Source: Phycisphaerales bacterium (GTDB lineage: Bacteria; Planctomycetota; Phycisphaerae; WQYP01). Taken from it: a stretch of DNA of 61,414 bases. The stretch's first letter is position 1. Every line of letters starts with the position of its first letter. The translations under genes were made by a program, and so were the position numbers. The notes under the pieces were generated by a model, which worked only from the letters and a program-made list of their open reading frames with translations, was not told the origin of the DNA and made no database searches. Location: assembly GCA_027451365.1 (NCBI GenBank), contig DAIDJN010000017.1, positions 1 to 61,414 of the forward strand, read 5' to 3'. Shown here one piece after another: positions 27,372 to 36,610 of this stretch.

Positions 27372-29517
27372 AGCACACACACTCCACCGCAAAAGCACTC
27401 TGGTAAAACGGCAATGCGTTCTTGGTGCGGCCTGCCTGCTGTTCCTCTCTTCTGCAGGTCAATCACGCGCCGATCAGCTTGCGCAATTGACCAGGCCGGT
27501 CAGTCGGGTACGAGCCAAAGTCCGGGAGATAGACAGTTCCATCGCAAATCTGCTTTTAAATATGGACAATGTGGACCCGCAAGGACTTACCGCGGCCAAC
27601 CTGCAGGAAACCTACCGGCTGGTGATTCGCAATTTGTACCGCAACAGCCTGCGGACAAACCGGCCGCAGGTGGCGGCTGTTATGGTGCTTAAGGCAGATC
27701 AACTTTCCGCGGGATTACCCGCTTTTGATCGTCTGGTCGCCCACCTTTTACCAGCCAGCGCCAATGCGCCCGGAGAAACGCCCAGCCTGGCAGTTATAAA
27801 GGGATTGCGACAATTTTTACGAGCCGGCAGAAATGTCAACACGCAATTGAGGACCCGTGCGGCGATTGACAAATATCTGGGAAAAACTCTCGGTCCGCTT
27901 GGCCCGCTAATTCAGGTGGAAGACCCCTCCATAAACCCTGACAAAATAACAGTCTGGCCCGTTCAAATTCCGCGACCGAATTCCACGCCGGCTCCCGTTG
28001 CCAAAGGAGCATTACCCGCCATTGGCCAGGAAATAACCTGGATTCAGGGCGCAAACCTGACGCCGGAAATGCGGCAAGCCCTGCGCAAAATTCTTCTGAC
28101 TTTGCAATCTCAAATGGCGGATCGGCGAACTGAGCCGGCAGCCGAAATGTATTACCCCGTTATTGTGCGATGTGCGTCGCTGGCTGCACATTTACAGGCT
28201 GGGGCGGCGCTCAGCCTGGCCACGCAGCAGCAATTCAACCACCGGTTGCTGCTTGGACTTATTTTGTTTCGTGACCCGCGCACCCGCGCTGCGGCCGTCC
28301 GCCGGCTTCTGTTTATCAATCTGATTGTCAATTCGCTGGAACAACTGCGCCAGGCCAATCTTCCCACGGCGGAAAATAATGCCATTAAACATCGCATCCA
28401 TCGCGCGATTATGAAATTGCAGATGGATACCGAGGTTGCGAAATATTCCGCCCAGCTTCAAAAAATTGGCGAACTTTTGCGTGCATATCGAATTTTTTCG
28501 ACCGACGTTTCTGCGCCGCCGAGCGCCATGTTCCGGGCCGATCAGATTCGCGTTCGTCAGGCCGGTGCCGACGATTTCAATCGCCTTGCGACGATTCTGG
28601 CCGGGGAATATTCAGCCCGCGATATTTCTGAGTGCATTTACCGCCTGAAAATGGTCCTGGCCAATCTGACCAGACTCAATGCCATGCCGGCAGCCCAGCA
28701 ACAGGCTATTTTATACCATCCGGCGTCGATCATTGGCGTAAAGGCCAACATGGTGCGCTGGGCTAAATCCATCAGCAAGAATCCGGACTCCGCAGGATCG
28801 GGTGCGGCAAATTTCGACCATTTTCAGGCAGCCCTGAACCTGCTGGCGCAGATTCACCTGTCCATGCAAAGCCTTCCACAGGCAAATATTGTGCGAAAAA
28901 TGAGTGGTGGCCGGTTTGAAGCCGCGGTGCGCGCTTTCCTTAAACTTCAGCATAAGCTCACGGATTCCCTGGGTACACGAAAAGTGGCACCTGATGACAT
29001 GGTCATCAGCCTTAACCAGATGCGAAGCCTATTTGCGGCCACTGCGGAACTTGCGATACTGCTGGATTCCAATGCACCCGCCGAAAAGCTCAACCGCTGG
29101 GGCGGGTGGCAGGTGCCCAAGCGGGCATTGCATCTGCTGTTGAAGCAGTGTGAGGAATCCATGGTGGTCAAGTATCGAAGCATTACCGCCCCCGCCGGTG
29201 CCATGCCCCAGGGCGGCGACCAGTGGGCGAACTTTCGCGATGCCTCCGGGGCCGTCGCGGCACTTTACCGAATGACGAAGGAACTGAATCCGCAGTTGAA
29301 CGCCAAGGCAGGTTTGTGGAGCACCAGTTACCTGCGCGCATTAACCCCCCCCCCACCAAATGCGATTTTCGGATCGGAACTCGGCCAGATCGCCCTGGCT
29401 GGGCGGACGCTGGCGGCCGCGGAATTTAATCACAACCACGGGCGGCTGACCGCGGCACCGCTGTTATTTATAAAATGCCTGCGGATGCTGACGGCAATCG
29501 CTCCTGCGGCCAAGTAG
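27361..29517 (+). CDS. Large hypothetical secreted protein, predicted mostly alpha-helical
   Basis: ATG 27361 overlaps the GT4 stop and follows GAGG; signal peptide ending QSRA; long uninterrupted ORF; no motif recognised. Confidence 0.75.
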   Translation: MKNKAHTLHRKSTLVKRQCVLGAACLLFLSSAGQSRADQLAQLTRPVSRVRAKVREIDSSIANLLLNMDNVDPQGLTAANLQETYRLVIRNLYRNSLRTNRPQVAAVMVLKADQLSAGLPAFDRLVAHLLPASANAPGETPSLAVIKGLRQFLRAGRNVNTQLRTRAAIDKYLGKTLGPLGPLIQVEDPSINPDKITVWPVQIPRPNSTPAPVAKGALPAIGQEITWIQGANLTPEMRQALRKILLTLQSQMADRRTEPAAEMYYPVIVRCASLAAHLQAGAALSLATQQQFNHRLLLGLILFRDPRTRAAAVRRLLFINLIVNSLEQLRQANLPTAENNAIKHRIHRAIMKLQMDTEVAKYSAQLQKIGELLRAYRIFSTDVSAPPSAMFRADQIRVRQAGADDFNRLATILAGEYSARDISECIYRLKMVLANLTRLNAMPAAQQQAILYHPASIIGVKANMVRWAKSISKNPDSAGSGAANFDHFQAALNLLAQIHLSMQSLPQANIVRKMSGGRFEAAVRAFLKLQHKLTDSLGTRKVAPDDMVISLNQMRSLFAATAELAILLDSNAPAEKLNRWGGWQVPKRALHLLLKQCEESMVVKYRSITAPAGAMPQGGDQWANFRDASGAVAALYRMTKELNPQLNAKAGLWSTSYLRALTPPPPNAIFGSELGQIALAGRTLAAAEFNHNHGRLTAAPLLFIKCLRMLTAIAPAAK

Positions 29518-29564
29518 CGCCGGTTCGGCGCAGCCTCGGTTGACGTTAAATGCCGTATTTGACT

Positions 29565-30077
29565 TTAATGCGACAACGTGGGGCGGATATCCGGAATGGA
29601 ATAAAATCCGAAATGTGGCAGGCTTTCCTGCGCGGACCGAACGGTGCTGGCGTAAGTCATGGCGTATTGTTCAGAAATAGCCTGCTGCGCAAGGGTTAGA
29701 CTGCGGGTCATCAGTTCACCGGGCGAATTCATGAAGCGGGCAGGCGCGTAATCGTCGGACATCAATTTAGAATGAACAGGCTCGGCTTCAGTGACGGCCA
29801 CGGAATCGGAGGCATTGTTTGGCAATTTTTCAACGGGCTTTGTCCACCAGACCAGCAAGACACCAACAAACATTGCCGCGACGGCAAAACCAGCCGGCAC
29901 GAAAAAAGCAGAACCTGATCGACGGATGCTGCCAACCAAACGCGGCGAGGGCGCGATTCCAGCATTCAGTGAGGTAAGCGTATCCTCATGGAGTTTCCGG
30001 GAAAAATCAGGTGTCATGCGCTGCGCATCGGCGCGAAGAGCCTGAGCCAAAATATCTTCAGATTGAACTGACTTCAT
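29565..30077 (-). CDS. Putative single-pass membrane anti-sigma factor
   Basis: Overlaps ECF sigma stop (ATGA); N-terminal LAQALRADA..PDFS..LH, central TM helix. Confidence 0.65.
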   Translation of the reverse strand: MKSVQSEDILAQALRADAQRMTPDFSRKLHEDTLTSLNAGIAPSPRLVGSIRRSGSAFFVPAGFAVAAMFVGVLLVWWTKPVEKLPNNASDSVAVTEAEPVHSKLMSDDYAPARFMNSPGELMTRSLTLAQQAISEQYAMTYASTVRSAQESLPHFGFYSIPDIRPTLSH

Positions 30078-30835
30078 AAGTGTTCTCCAACAGCCCTGAT
30101 TTCAGCGGCAAGGCGATGATCCACCGCGACGGAACGGATTGGGCCGGATCGGCCTTCAGGCGGCTTGCGTTGCCCCGCTAGCGGCCTGCGCGTGACCAAT
30201 GGCGGCGAAGGTGAAGCCAAAGCCACGGTTGACTTTGGCGATATGGGAGATGATTGCGCGCCAAGGCCGGATGGCGGCAGGGAATTTCGCAAAACCTTCC
30301 GTGCGCGATGCAGCGCGACCTTCACCCCAATTCCGGTCATTCCCATCACACGGGCAAGCTCACGTCCATCGAGTTCCTCCACATAGCACAGCCAAAGCAG
30401 CGTCACCTGACGATCAGGTAAAACACGGCGGGCCAGCATCCATAGATTCTCTGCGGATTCAGTCACGATCGCTTTTTGTGAGGGCGAATCATCCAATGTT
30501 ATTGTCGGCGCATTGGCGCTCTGCCTGGCGTGGCGGCTTTCCAGCCGCCGACGTCGCAATGCGGAAATTCCCATTCGGTAGGCGATAGTAAAAAGCCATG
30601 CGCGAAATCGATGGCGGGAATCGTAATGCGGCAGATGCTGATAGGCCCGAAGGAACACCTCTTGAACTAAATCTTCGCTGTGGCCAGCCAGGCCAAGCCG
30701 CGACCGCAAAAAACCATGCAAAGGAGACTGGTAACGGCGCATCAGTTCGGCGAAAGCGTCGTGGCTGCCCGCCTGGGCAGCCAGCGCCATCACTTCATCG
30801 GTGGCATCATCCGGCCGGTTTTCTGTTTCTGCCAT
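30074..30835 (-). CDS. ECF RNA polymerase sigma factor with Pro-rich C-terminal extension
   Basis: AFAELMRRYQ, EDLVQEVFLRAY, FRAWLFTIAYR, ELARVMG..GVKVALHRAR. Confidence 0.93.
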   Translation of the reverse strand: MAETENRPDDATDEVMALAAQAGSHDAFAELMRRYQSPLHGFLRSRLGLAGHSEDLVQEVFLRAYQHLPHYDSRHRFRAWLFTIAYRMGISALRRRRLESRHARQSANAPTITLDDSPSQKAIVTESAENLWMLARRVLPDRQVTLLWLCYVEELDGRELARVMGMTGIGVKVALHRARKVLRNSLPPSGLGAQSSPISPKSTVALASPSPPLVTRRPLAGQRKPPEGRSGPIRSVAVDHRLAAEIRAVGEHL

Positions 30836-30870
30836 GCGTAAATTCCTGTCCGCATACCGAATGAACCGAA

Positions 30871-31959
30871 TTATTGGCCCGGTGCCGGGCCAGGTCCGTT
30901 ACCCTGGTGGTGCTTCCAGTGCTGCCAGCGGCTGTCCCGCATGGCCTTCATACGGTCCTGAATGGATTGCTCCAGCATATCCATCGGAAGGGCCCAGTCG
31001 GCGTTTATATCACGACCTTTGCGCTTAAGGTTCAAAGTGGAAAGCATCATTGCGTGCAGTTTGGCCTCTGGCGAAGCAGACTGCGATTGGCCCATCATTT
31101 CCGCCATCGCCAAGCCACCTTCCACCATTTTATACATATTTTCCGCAGCAGCTTTGGTAGCTCCGGCCACAGTCACATGCAGGTGCGCCGTGCGGGCATT
31201 GGTTGCCGACGCGGCCAGACTGATCGTATGCAGACCGCGCACGAATGGCGGAACATGGGCATGTTCGGGCAATTTATCAAAGCCCGTCGCCGCCGCGTAA
31301 AAAATGGTACCTGGGTTCATATTTACAATCAGCGGCGAATCGGCCGCCAGCGAAGCATGGCCGCCAGCCTGAAATTTCAGCGCGGCTTTCATCATGGTGA
31401 CGTTATGTGTGATCAGCACATCACCGGATGCAGGTTGTGCCAAATAAAACGCATGACCTGGGCCATCCGGCTGCATTCGTCGCATGGTAATTCCGTGGTA
31501 GACTACGGTCTTCCCGGTAGCTTTTGCCTGAAGATCCACGGCGGCGTGAAAGGTTGAAGGATTGACATGTAATTGCATGACGAACTGCTTGTGGCCAACG
31601 GCCGTCCCATAAACCAGTATGTCGTGCGAGTCCTTGCAAATAGCAGCCCATAATTTTTTGATTTTTCCCTGCTGTCGCTTCATGTGAGCGTCGGCGCGCG
31701 GTGCAAATTTTTGCATGTCAGCGGCCATGGCCGCCAGCTTATCGGCCATGCCAGTTTTCACCAGTGCATCCGAATTAATATAAATAATCCAATGTGTGCC
31801 AGCGGGAATCAGGGCGGGGTTCAGTGGCTGGGCGGACAATCGGCCGCTGGCGATTGCCGATGCGGCGGAGACAGCAAGAATTCCGGCAACAGCGGATTTC
31901 ACAAGCCGCCGTTTTAGGGAATTCCGCCACTGCGGTGCGGGTGGATTTGTGAACACCAT
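30871..31959 (-). CDS. Hypothetical secreted protein, first gene of ECF operon
   Basis: AGGAG RBS; signal peptide ending LSA-QPLNP; IPAGTHWIIYIN; His/Met-rich. Confidence 0.8.
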   Translation of the reverse strand: MVFTNPPAPQWRNSLKRRLVKSAVAGILAVSAASAIASGRLSAQPLNPALIPAGTHWIIYINSDALVKTGMADKLAAMAADMQKFAPRADAHMKRQQGKIKKLWAAICKDSHDILVYGTAVGHKQFVMQLHVNPSTFHAAVDLQAKATGKTVVYHGITMRRMQPDGPGHAFYLAQPASGDVLITHNVTMMKAALKFQAGGHASLAADSPLIVNMNPGTIFYAAATGFDKLPEHAHVPPFVRGLHTISLAASATNARTAHLHVTVAGATKAAAENMYKMVEGGLAMAEMMGQSQSASPEAKLHAMMLSTLNLKRKGRDINADWALPMDMLEQSIQDRMKAMRDSRWQHWKHHQGNGPGPAPGQ

Positions 31960-32003
31960 GAGGTAACTCCTGTCAAAATGCAAAGAACGCAACCGACAGC
32001 CCT

Positions 32004-32029
32004 TACGCCGGTGACCAAGACATGGTTAC
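32004..32029 (-). promoter_or_regulatory. ECF-type promoter
   Basis: GTAACC-16 nt-CGTA, the AAC/CGT pattern of ECF promoters, 45 nt upstream of the operon encoding the ECF sigma. Confidence 0.65.
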
Positions 32030-32110
32030 ATTATTTTCGATGGTCTGGCGATTTTCCACCAGCAATTTGTGCCGACCCGGTGAATCCGGCCAGTTGGGCG
32101 GGAATAAAGA

Positions 32111-32464
32111 TCAGGCCGACTTTACTTCGCCGGAAGTTGGGCCGTGCAGAGCCTCGTGCTGCTGCCGGGCATGCTGCAAAACGCCATCACACACCAGCTT
32201 GCAGAGATTTTGAACGGAAGGGTCTACAATGCGATAAATAGACTGCGAACCAAGCCTCTCGAAATCCACCAAACCAGCCTGACGCAGAATTCCCAAATGC
32301 TTGGAAACAGAAGCCTGATTCATTTTCAGATCGCGTGTTAACGCCGTGACATTGGCCGGAGCCTGCACCAGAAGGGAAAGGATGCGAATGCGATTCTCAT
32401 CGCCCATGGCACGGAAGCGCTCCGCCACACGACAAACCAGTCCAGAGTTTCGCGAATCAAGCAT
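32111..32464 (-). CDS. ArsR/SmtB-family transcriptional regulator
   Basis: FRAMGDENRIRIL, QASVSKHLGILRQAGLV..ERLG..IYRI. Confidence 0.92.
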   Translation of the reverse strand: MLDSRNSGLVCRVAERFRAMGDENRIRILSLLVQAPANVTALTRDLKMNQASVSKHLGILRQAGLVDFERLGSQSIYRIVDPSVQNLCKLVCDGVLQHARQQHEALHGPTSGEVKSA

Positions 32465-32469
32465 AAGAG

Positions 32470-32491
32470 AATATCCTTGTTTTAGAATATT
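32470..32491. promoter_or_regulatory. Inverted repeat, candidate ArsR operator
   Basis: AATATCCT-6 nt-AGAATATT imperfect palindrome immediately upstream of the ArsR start. Confidence 0.5.
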
Positions 32492-32764
32492 CCTTTATGT
32501 TAACCTAAACTTGCGAAAAATCCCAGTCAAACGCCCCGAATTATTCTTATCAACGCGCCACGGGCGGGCATTCGGCAGTCAAGGCAAAGAATCGGTCTGC
32601 ACAAAAGTAGCAATCGGGAGGAAACACCGGCACCCAGAAGGCTCTTCCGTCGCCATGCCAAATGAATCGCAGAGCGACCGTCAATCTTGCATAAGCCGAT
32701 GCCAAAACGGCGGCCCGCATCAATTAACAGGTTGCTGGGTTGGACCGCAAGTTTGCGGATATAA

Positions 32765-33025
32765 TCAGCCCGGCTGAGAACTGCCAGCAAACGGAAGCAT
32801 TGCCATGAAGCGGGCGCGCTTTATTGCATCCGTAATCATGCGCTGCTCAAACGCAGCCGCCCCCGTGCGGGTGCGACCCTGAATTTTTCCGTTAATGGAA
32901 AGCATTTTCTTGAGAGTTTCAATGTCCTTGTAATCCACATAGACCTTACCAGTGGAACTGGTTTTCGCAATGCGAATCTTAGGGCGGGCAAAAGACTGAA
33001 AACGCGGTTTGGTTCTTGGGGGCAT
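32765..33025 (-). CDS. rpsR: 30S ribosomal protein S18
   Basis: YVDYKDIETLKK..SINGKI..RTRTG...QR.ITDAIKRARFMAMLPF. Confidence 0.95.
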   Translation of the reverse strand: MPPRTKPRFQSFARPKIRIAKTSSTGKVYVDYKDIETLKKMLSINGKIQGRTRTGAAAFEQRMITDAIKRARFMAMLPFAGSSQPG

Positions 33026-33227
33026 TTAATAATTCCTATTCTGGCCCGGGCACGCACCCGACTATGTCATTCAACATGAACGCCATGTTGAACCGTCGGA
33101 GATGGGTGTTCCGCGCGAAGCGAAGCACATGCCTGGGGACACACAAAAACGCTTATTTATAGATAGTATACCGGTTCTTCCGACGCTTCACCTGCGCAAA
33201 GCAGCCGTGAAAAGAATGATTCCGGTA

Positions 33228-33488
33228 CTATTTTTTATAATGCTCGGCGTTCACCGCAATATACTTTTTCCATTCATCGGGAACATCATCTTCCGGAAAA
33301 ATGGCCTTCACCGGACATTCGTCCACGCATAATCCGCAATCAATGCAGGTGTCAGGATCAATAAAAAGTTGCGCCGCTGGAGTAAATTCCCCTTCATCCT
33401 TGCGGGGGTGAATGCAATCCACGGGGCACACGGCCACACAAGCCGTATCTTTTGTACCGATGCATGGTTCGGTAATCACATGTGGCAT
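33228..33488 (-). CDS. Ferredoxin, 7Fe-type ([3Fe-4S]/[4Fe-4S])
   Basis: MPHVITEPCIGTKDTACVAVCPVDCIH...IDPDTCIDCGLCVDECPVKAIF; GAGGAG RBS. Confidence 0.93.
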   Translation of the reverse strand: MPHVITEPCIGTKDTACVAVCPVDCIHPRKDEGEFTPAAQLFIDPDTCIDCGLCVDECPVKAIFPEDDVPDEWKKYIAVNAEHYKK

Positions 33489-33769
33489 GGTGAAACAACT
33501 CCTCGAAACACCGGTCCCGCCAGACCAGGCAACCGCGTTATAAGCCCGCGCCCTGGATACTGGCCCCGGTGGAACCGCGCAACCAAAGCTACGGATTCCA
33601 ACCGAATTCGGCATTATATACCTTCGTTAGGGAATCACGCAATGGCAAACACTAAATTGTTTTCATGAATACGAATAAATGCGACTAGCCCCCTATCGCG
33701 ATGGCTCGAAGGGAAGTCACAAGGCACAAGGCGTGTATAAATGCCCGACAAGCAGATCAGAACATTATT

Positions 33770-34822
33770 TTATTTTGCGTAATCAAAAAGCCGCCGCAAC
33801 TTGCCGCGGTCCAAGTCGGCATAAATCTGTCGGTATTGCTCCGCAGACACAGTTCGATGAAGCGCTTTTTTGAAGTCCGCCGCGCGTTGACGAGCTTTGG
33901 CAAGAATTTCCCGCAAGGATTGTCGAAATGACTGGCTGTATTGGCCGCGCCGGCGCAATTGCACAATGGCTTCGCGAGTTTGGATGAGTGAACTGGTAAA
34001 TCGCTGTAATACCGGCAACAATCGACGCAGCGTCGGCCGGCTGACACCGGCATCATCAAATGCCGCAGCCAGTCCCTGCAGGCTACCGGGAGGCAGAAAA
34101 CCGGCATCAAATTCCAATGGTGGACCGGACTGGCGGCTAAAGCCGGGGCCCATCAGTCGCGAGGCAATCGGACGATGGGCCAGCAGATCGCCGACTGCGC
34201 CATTCACTTGCGATGGTGCCATCCAAGGCCATGCGCAAACCAGTTTTCCTTTTCCATCCACCAGAAATGTCATATTGGGAAGGCTTCCATACGCGATGGA
34301 TGTGGCATTGGTGATTGAATCAATCGATAAGTCGCTTGCCGGGAAATGCAGTCGTGTTGCGGCTTCCGCGGCGGCTTTCCGCCGGTCGGCGGCGCTGGTG
34401 GCGGCCGGAATGGAGAATCCGGCCCGCTGGTTAAGAACCAGCGCATCGGAAGTGCCCGCCGGATGGGCTTCTGCTTGATACACAATAAGCACGGATATTT
34501 TACCTCGCCATTTTTTCGCCAGCCAATTCACACTTCCGGCGCTTAGCCGGAACGCCGGCTCCGTAAGAGACCCGAATTCCAGAAGCAACGGCTTGCCCGC
34601 GAACGCCGCCAAAGGAACGGGCTGCCCGCGCAGATTCACCACGTGCAACGCCGGTGCCTTCTGGCCAATGCGCCAAGTCGGCGGCGGAGCAAGTTTTACC
34701 GCCGCTATTCTGGGACTTGTTCCGATTGGAAAATCGGCATGAGCCATGGCCACGCGCGTCAACAGGCCGATTGCCATAATAGCAACGAATTTCAGGCGAA
34801 TGGTGGGAGGCTTTTTCTTCAT
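33770..34822 (-). CDS. Secreted thioredoxin-fold, deiodinase-like protein lacking the active-site Cys
   Basis: IGQKAP, GKPLLLEFGSLTEPAFR, VYQAEAHP, YGSLPNMTFLVDGKGK; signal peptide; helical C-terminal extension. Confidence 0.7.
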   Translation of the reverse strand: MKKKPPTIRLKFVAIMAIGLLTRVAMAHADFPIGTSPRIAAVKLAPPPTWRIGQKAPALHVVNLRGQPVPLAAFAGKPLLLEFGSLTEPAFRLSAGSVNWLAKKWRGKISVLIVYQAEAHPAGTSDALVLNQRAGFSIPAATSAADRRKAAAEAATRLHFPASDLSIDSITNATSIAYGSLPNMTFLVDGKGKLVCAWPWMAPSQVNGAVGDLLAHRPIASRLMGPGFSRQSGPPLEFDAGFLPPGSLQGLAAAFDDAGVSRPTLRRLLPVLQRFTSSLIQTREAIVQLRRRGQYSQSFRQSLREILAKARQRAADFKKALHRTVSAEQYRQIYADLDRGKLRRLFDYAK

Positions 34823-35054
34823 AAAATTCTAAACGGTCAGGTTGGGGACAAGTTTCAGCGCCCCATGCCGATATTCGGAGATTGTGCGTTTGGTGCCGTC
34901 AAACCTTTGGTATTCATACTGCCAAATTAACTGCTGGACCGATTTAATTATATAAATCAGGCGATTGCGATTGCAACCAGTCGGCCAGCAGTTCGTATAA
35001 CCCCTCAGAGGCTTGTAACCACCCCCGCCGGGGTGAGAATCTGGAGCTGCAATC

Positions 35055-36566
35055 ATGATTCAGAACGCCGCCGAGTTGCTGGAACCGATCTGGTCGGACC
35101 CGACCTTTCAATGGAACTGGCGCATGGCCAGCCACCTTATGAATCGGGCCGGCTTTGGCGGCAGTGCCGCCGAAATTGACCGGCTGGTTCAAATGGGCCC
35201 CCAGGCGTCGGTGAATCATCTGATCAATTATCGGGCGATGCCTGATACGCTTCCCGCGCTTGAGTTCAGTTCGCTTTCGCATCCGCAATTCCAATCATTG
35301 CGGGAACACCGGCGGTTTATTCAGTCGCTTTCGCGCCCCGAAAAGCGGGAATATTTTCAGCTCTATAATGCGGCCAATTTCGCCAAAATGCAGGAAATGC
35401 GATGCTGGTGGATCAACCGCATGGTACAAACCCCTCGTCCGCTGGAAGAAAAAATGACCCTTTTCTGGCACGGATTATTCGTCAGCGCTTTTTCCATGGT
35501 GAACAGTTCATACCACATGTATCTGCAGAATCAGTTGTTCCGCCAGTTTGCTACGGGCAGCGCCAAGGAATTGACGGTGGCCGTCAGCCGCGATCCGGCG
35601 ATGCTGCGCTACCTGAACAACAACCAGAACCGCAAGGGCCATCCCAACGAAAACTACGCCCGCGAACTTATGGAACTTTTTACAATGGGCATCGGCAATT
35701 ACACCGAAGAAGATGTGCGCGAATCGGCACGGGCCTGGACCGGCTGGACATTTGTGGGCGATACCTTTGTTTTCCGTGCCAAACAGCATGATTTCGGCCG
35801 CAAGACATTTCTTGGAGAAACGGGCGATTTCGACGGTCGCGACATTGTGAATATTATTTTCAGTAAGCCGGCAACGGCAACTCATTTTGCGACGAAGCTC
35901 GCCACGTTTTTTGGTTCAGATAATCCCCCGCCGCAATTGGTTCAGGCGCTTGCGCAAACGCTGCGCCAGGCCAACTGGCATGTGGACGCGGTACTTAAAA
36001 CGCTTTTTTCCAGCCGATGGTTTTATTCCGACCAGGTCGTGCGACGAAAGATTAAATCTCCAATTGAACTGGTGACCGGCGCATTGCGGGCGCTGCAAAC
36101 TCCAGTGGCAAATTCCCCCAGCGTACTGGCCGGCATGACCAGCATGGGCCAGCAGTTATTTGAAGCGCCAAATGTTGGCGGCTGGCCGCACGGCCGTGGC
36201 TGGATCAACACCAGCACACTTTATGCGCGTTATGCGGTACCTTTGTATATGGTTGCAGGCAGACCACCAGGGAACCACCCTTCGGCGATGATGGCCAGGA
36301 CGCAATTCTCCCCATTTGAAACTGGCTTTTCTCCGGAGCGGTTGCTGGCGGAACGGAACATTTCCACGACCGCGGCGGCGGTTGATTTTTTTGTTGATTT
36401 GCTGATTCAGGATCAAATTGAACCAAAGAAGCGCGAAGCTCTGCTGCGTTGTATTTCCAACTCAAACACGGCGCACGATGAAGCGCTGAATATGGGCACA
36501 GCCCATTGGAAACTGCTGAACCTGCTGGAACTTGTAATGGCCATGCCGGAATATCAACTCTGTTGA
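35055..36566 (+). CDS. DUF1800 family protein
   Basis: HLMNRAGFG, LEEKMTLFWHG, DPAMLRYLNN, PNENYARELMELFTMG, YTEEDV, APNVGGW, PEYQLC. Confidence 0.93.
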   Translation: MIQNAAELLEPIWSDPTFQWNWRMASHLMNRAGFGGSAAEIDRLVQMGPQASVNHLINYRAMPDTLPALEFSSLSHPQFQSLREHRRFIQSLSRPEKREYFQLYNAANFAKMQEMRCWWINRMVQTPRPLEEKMTLFWHGLFVSAFSMVNSSYHMYLQNQLFRQFATGSAKELTVAVSRDPAMLRYLNNNQNRKGHPNENYARELMELFTMGIGNYTEEDVRESARAWTGWTFVGDTFVFRAKQHDFGRKTFLGETGDFDGRDIVNIIFSKPATATHFATKLATFFGSDNPPPQLVQALAQTLRQANWHVDAVLKTLFSSRWFYSDQVVRRKIKSPIELVTGALRALQTPVANSPSVLAGMTSMGQQLFEAPNVGGWPHGRGWINTSTLYARYAVPLYMVAGRPPGNHPSAMMARTQFSPFETGFSPERLLAERNISTTAAAVDFFVDLLIQDQIEPKKREALLRCISNSNTAHDEALNMGTAHWKLLNLLELVMAMPEYQLC

Positions 36567-36610
36567 TCGGCGTTACGCCGCACTGATCCGAAACGGAAAG
36601 GAGCCTCTTT

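Noticed and set aside
34559..34561. Possible selenocysteine codon in the deiodinase-like gene
   Set aside because: The codon is GAG, not TGA
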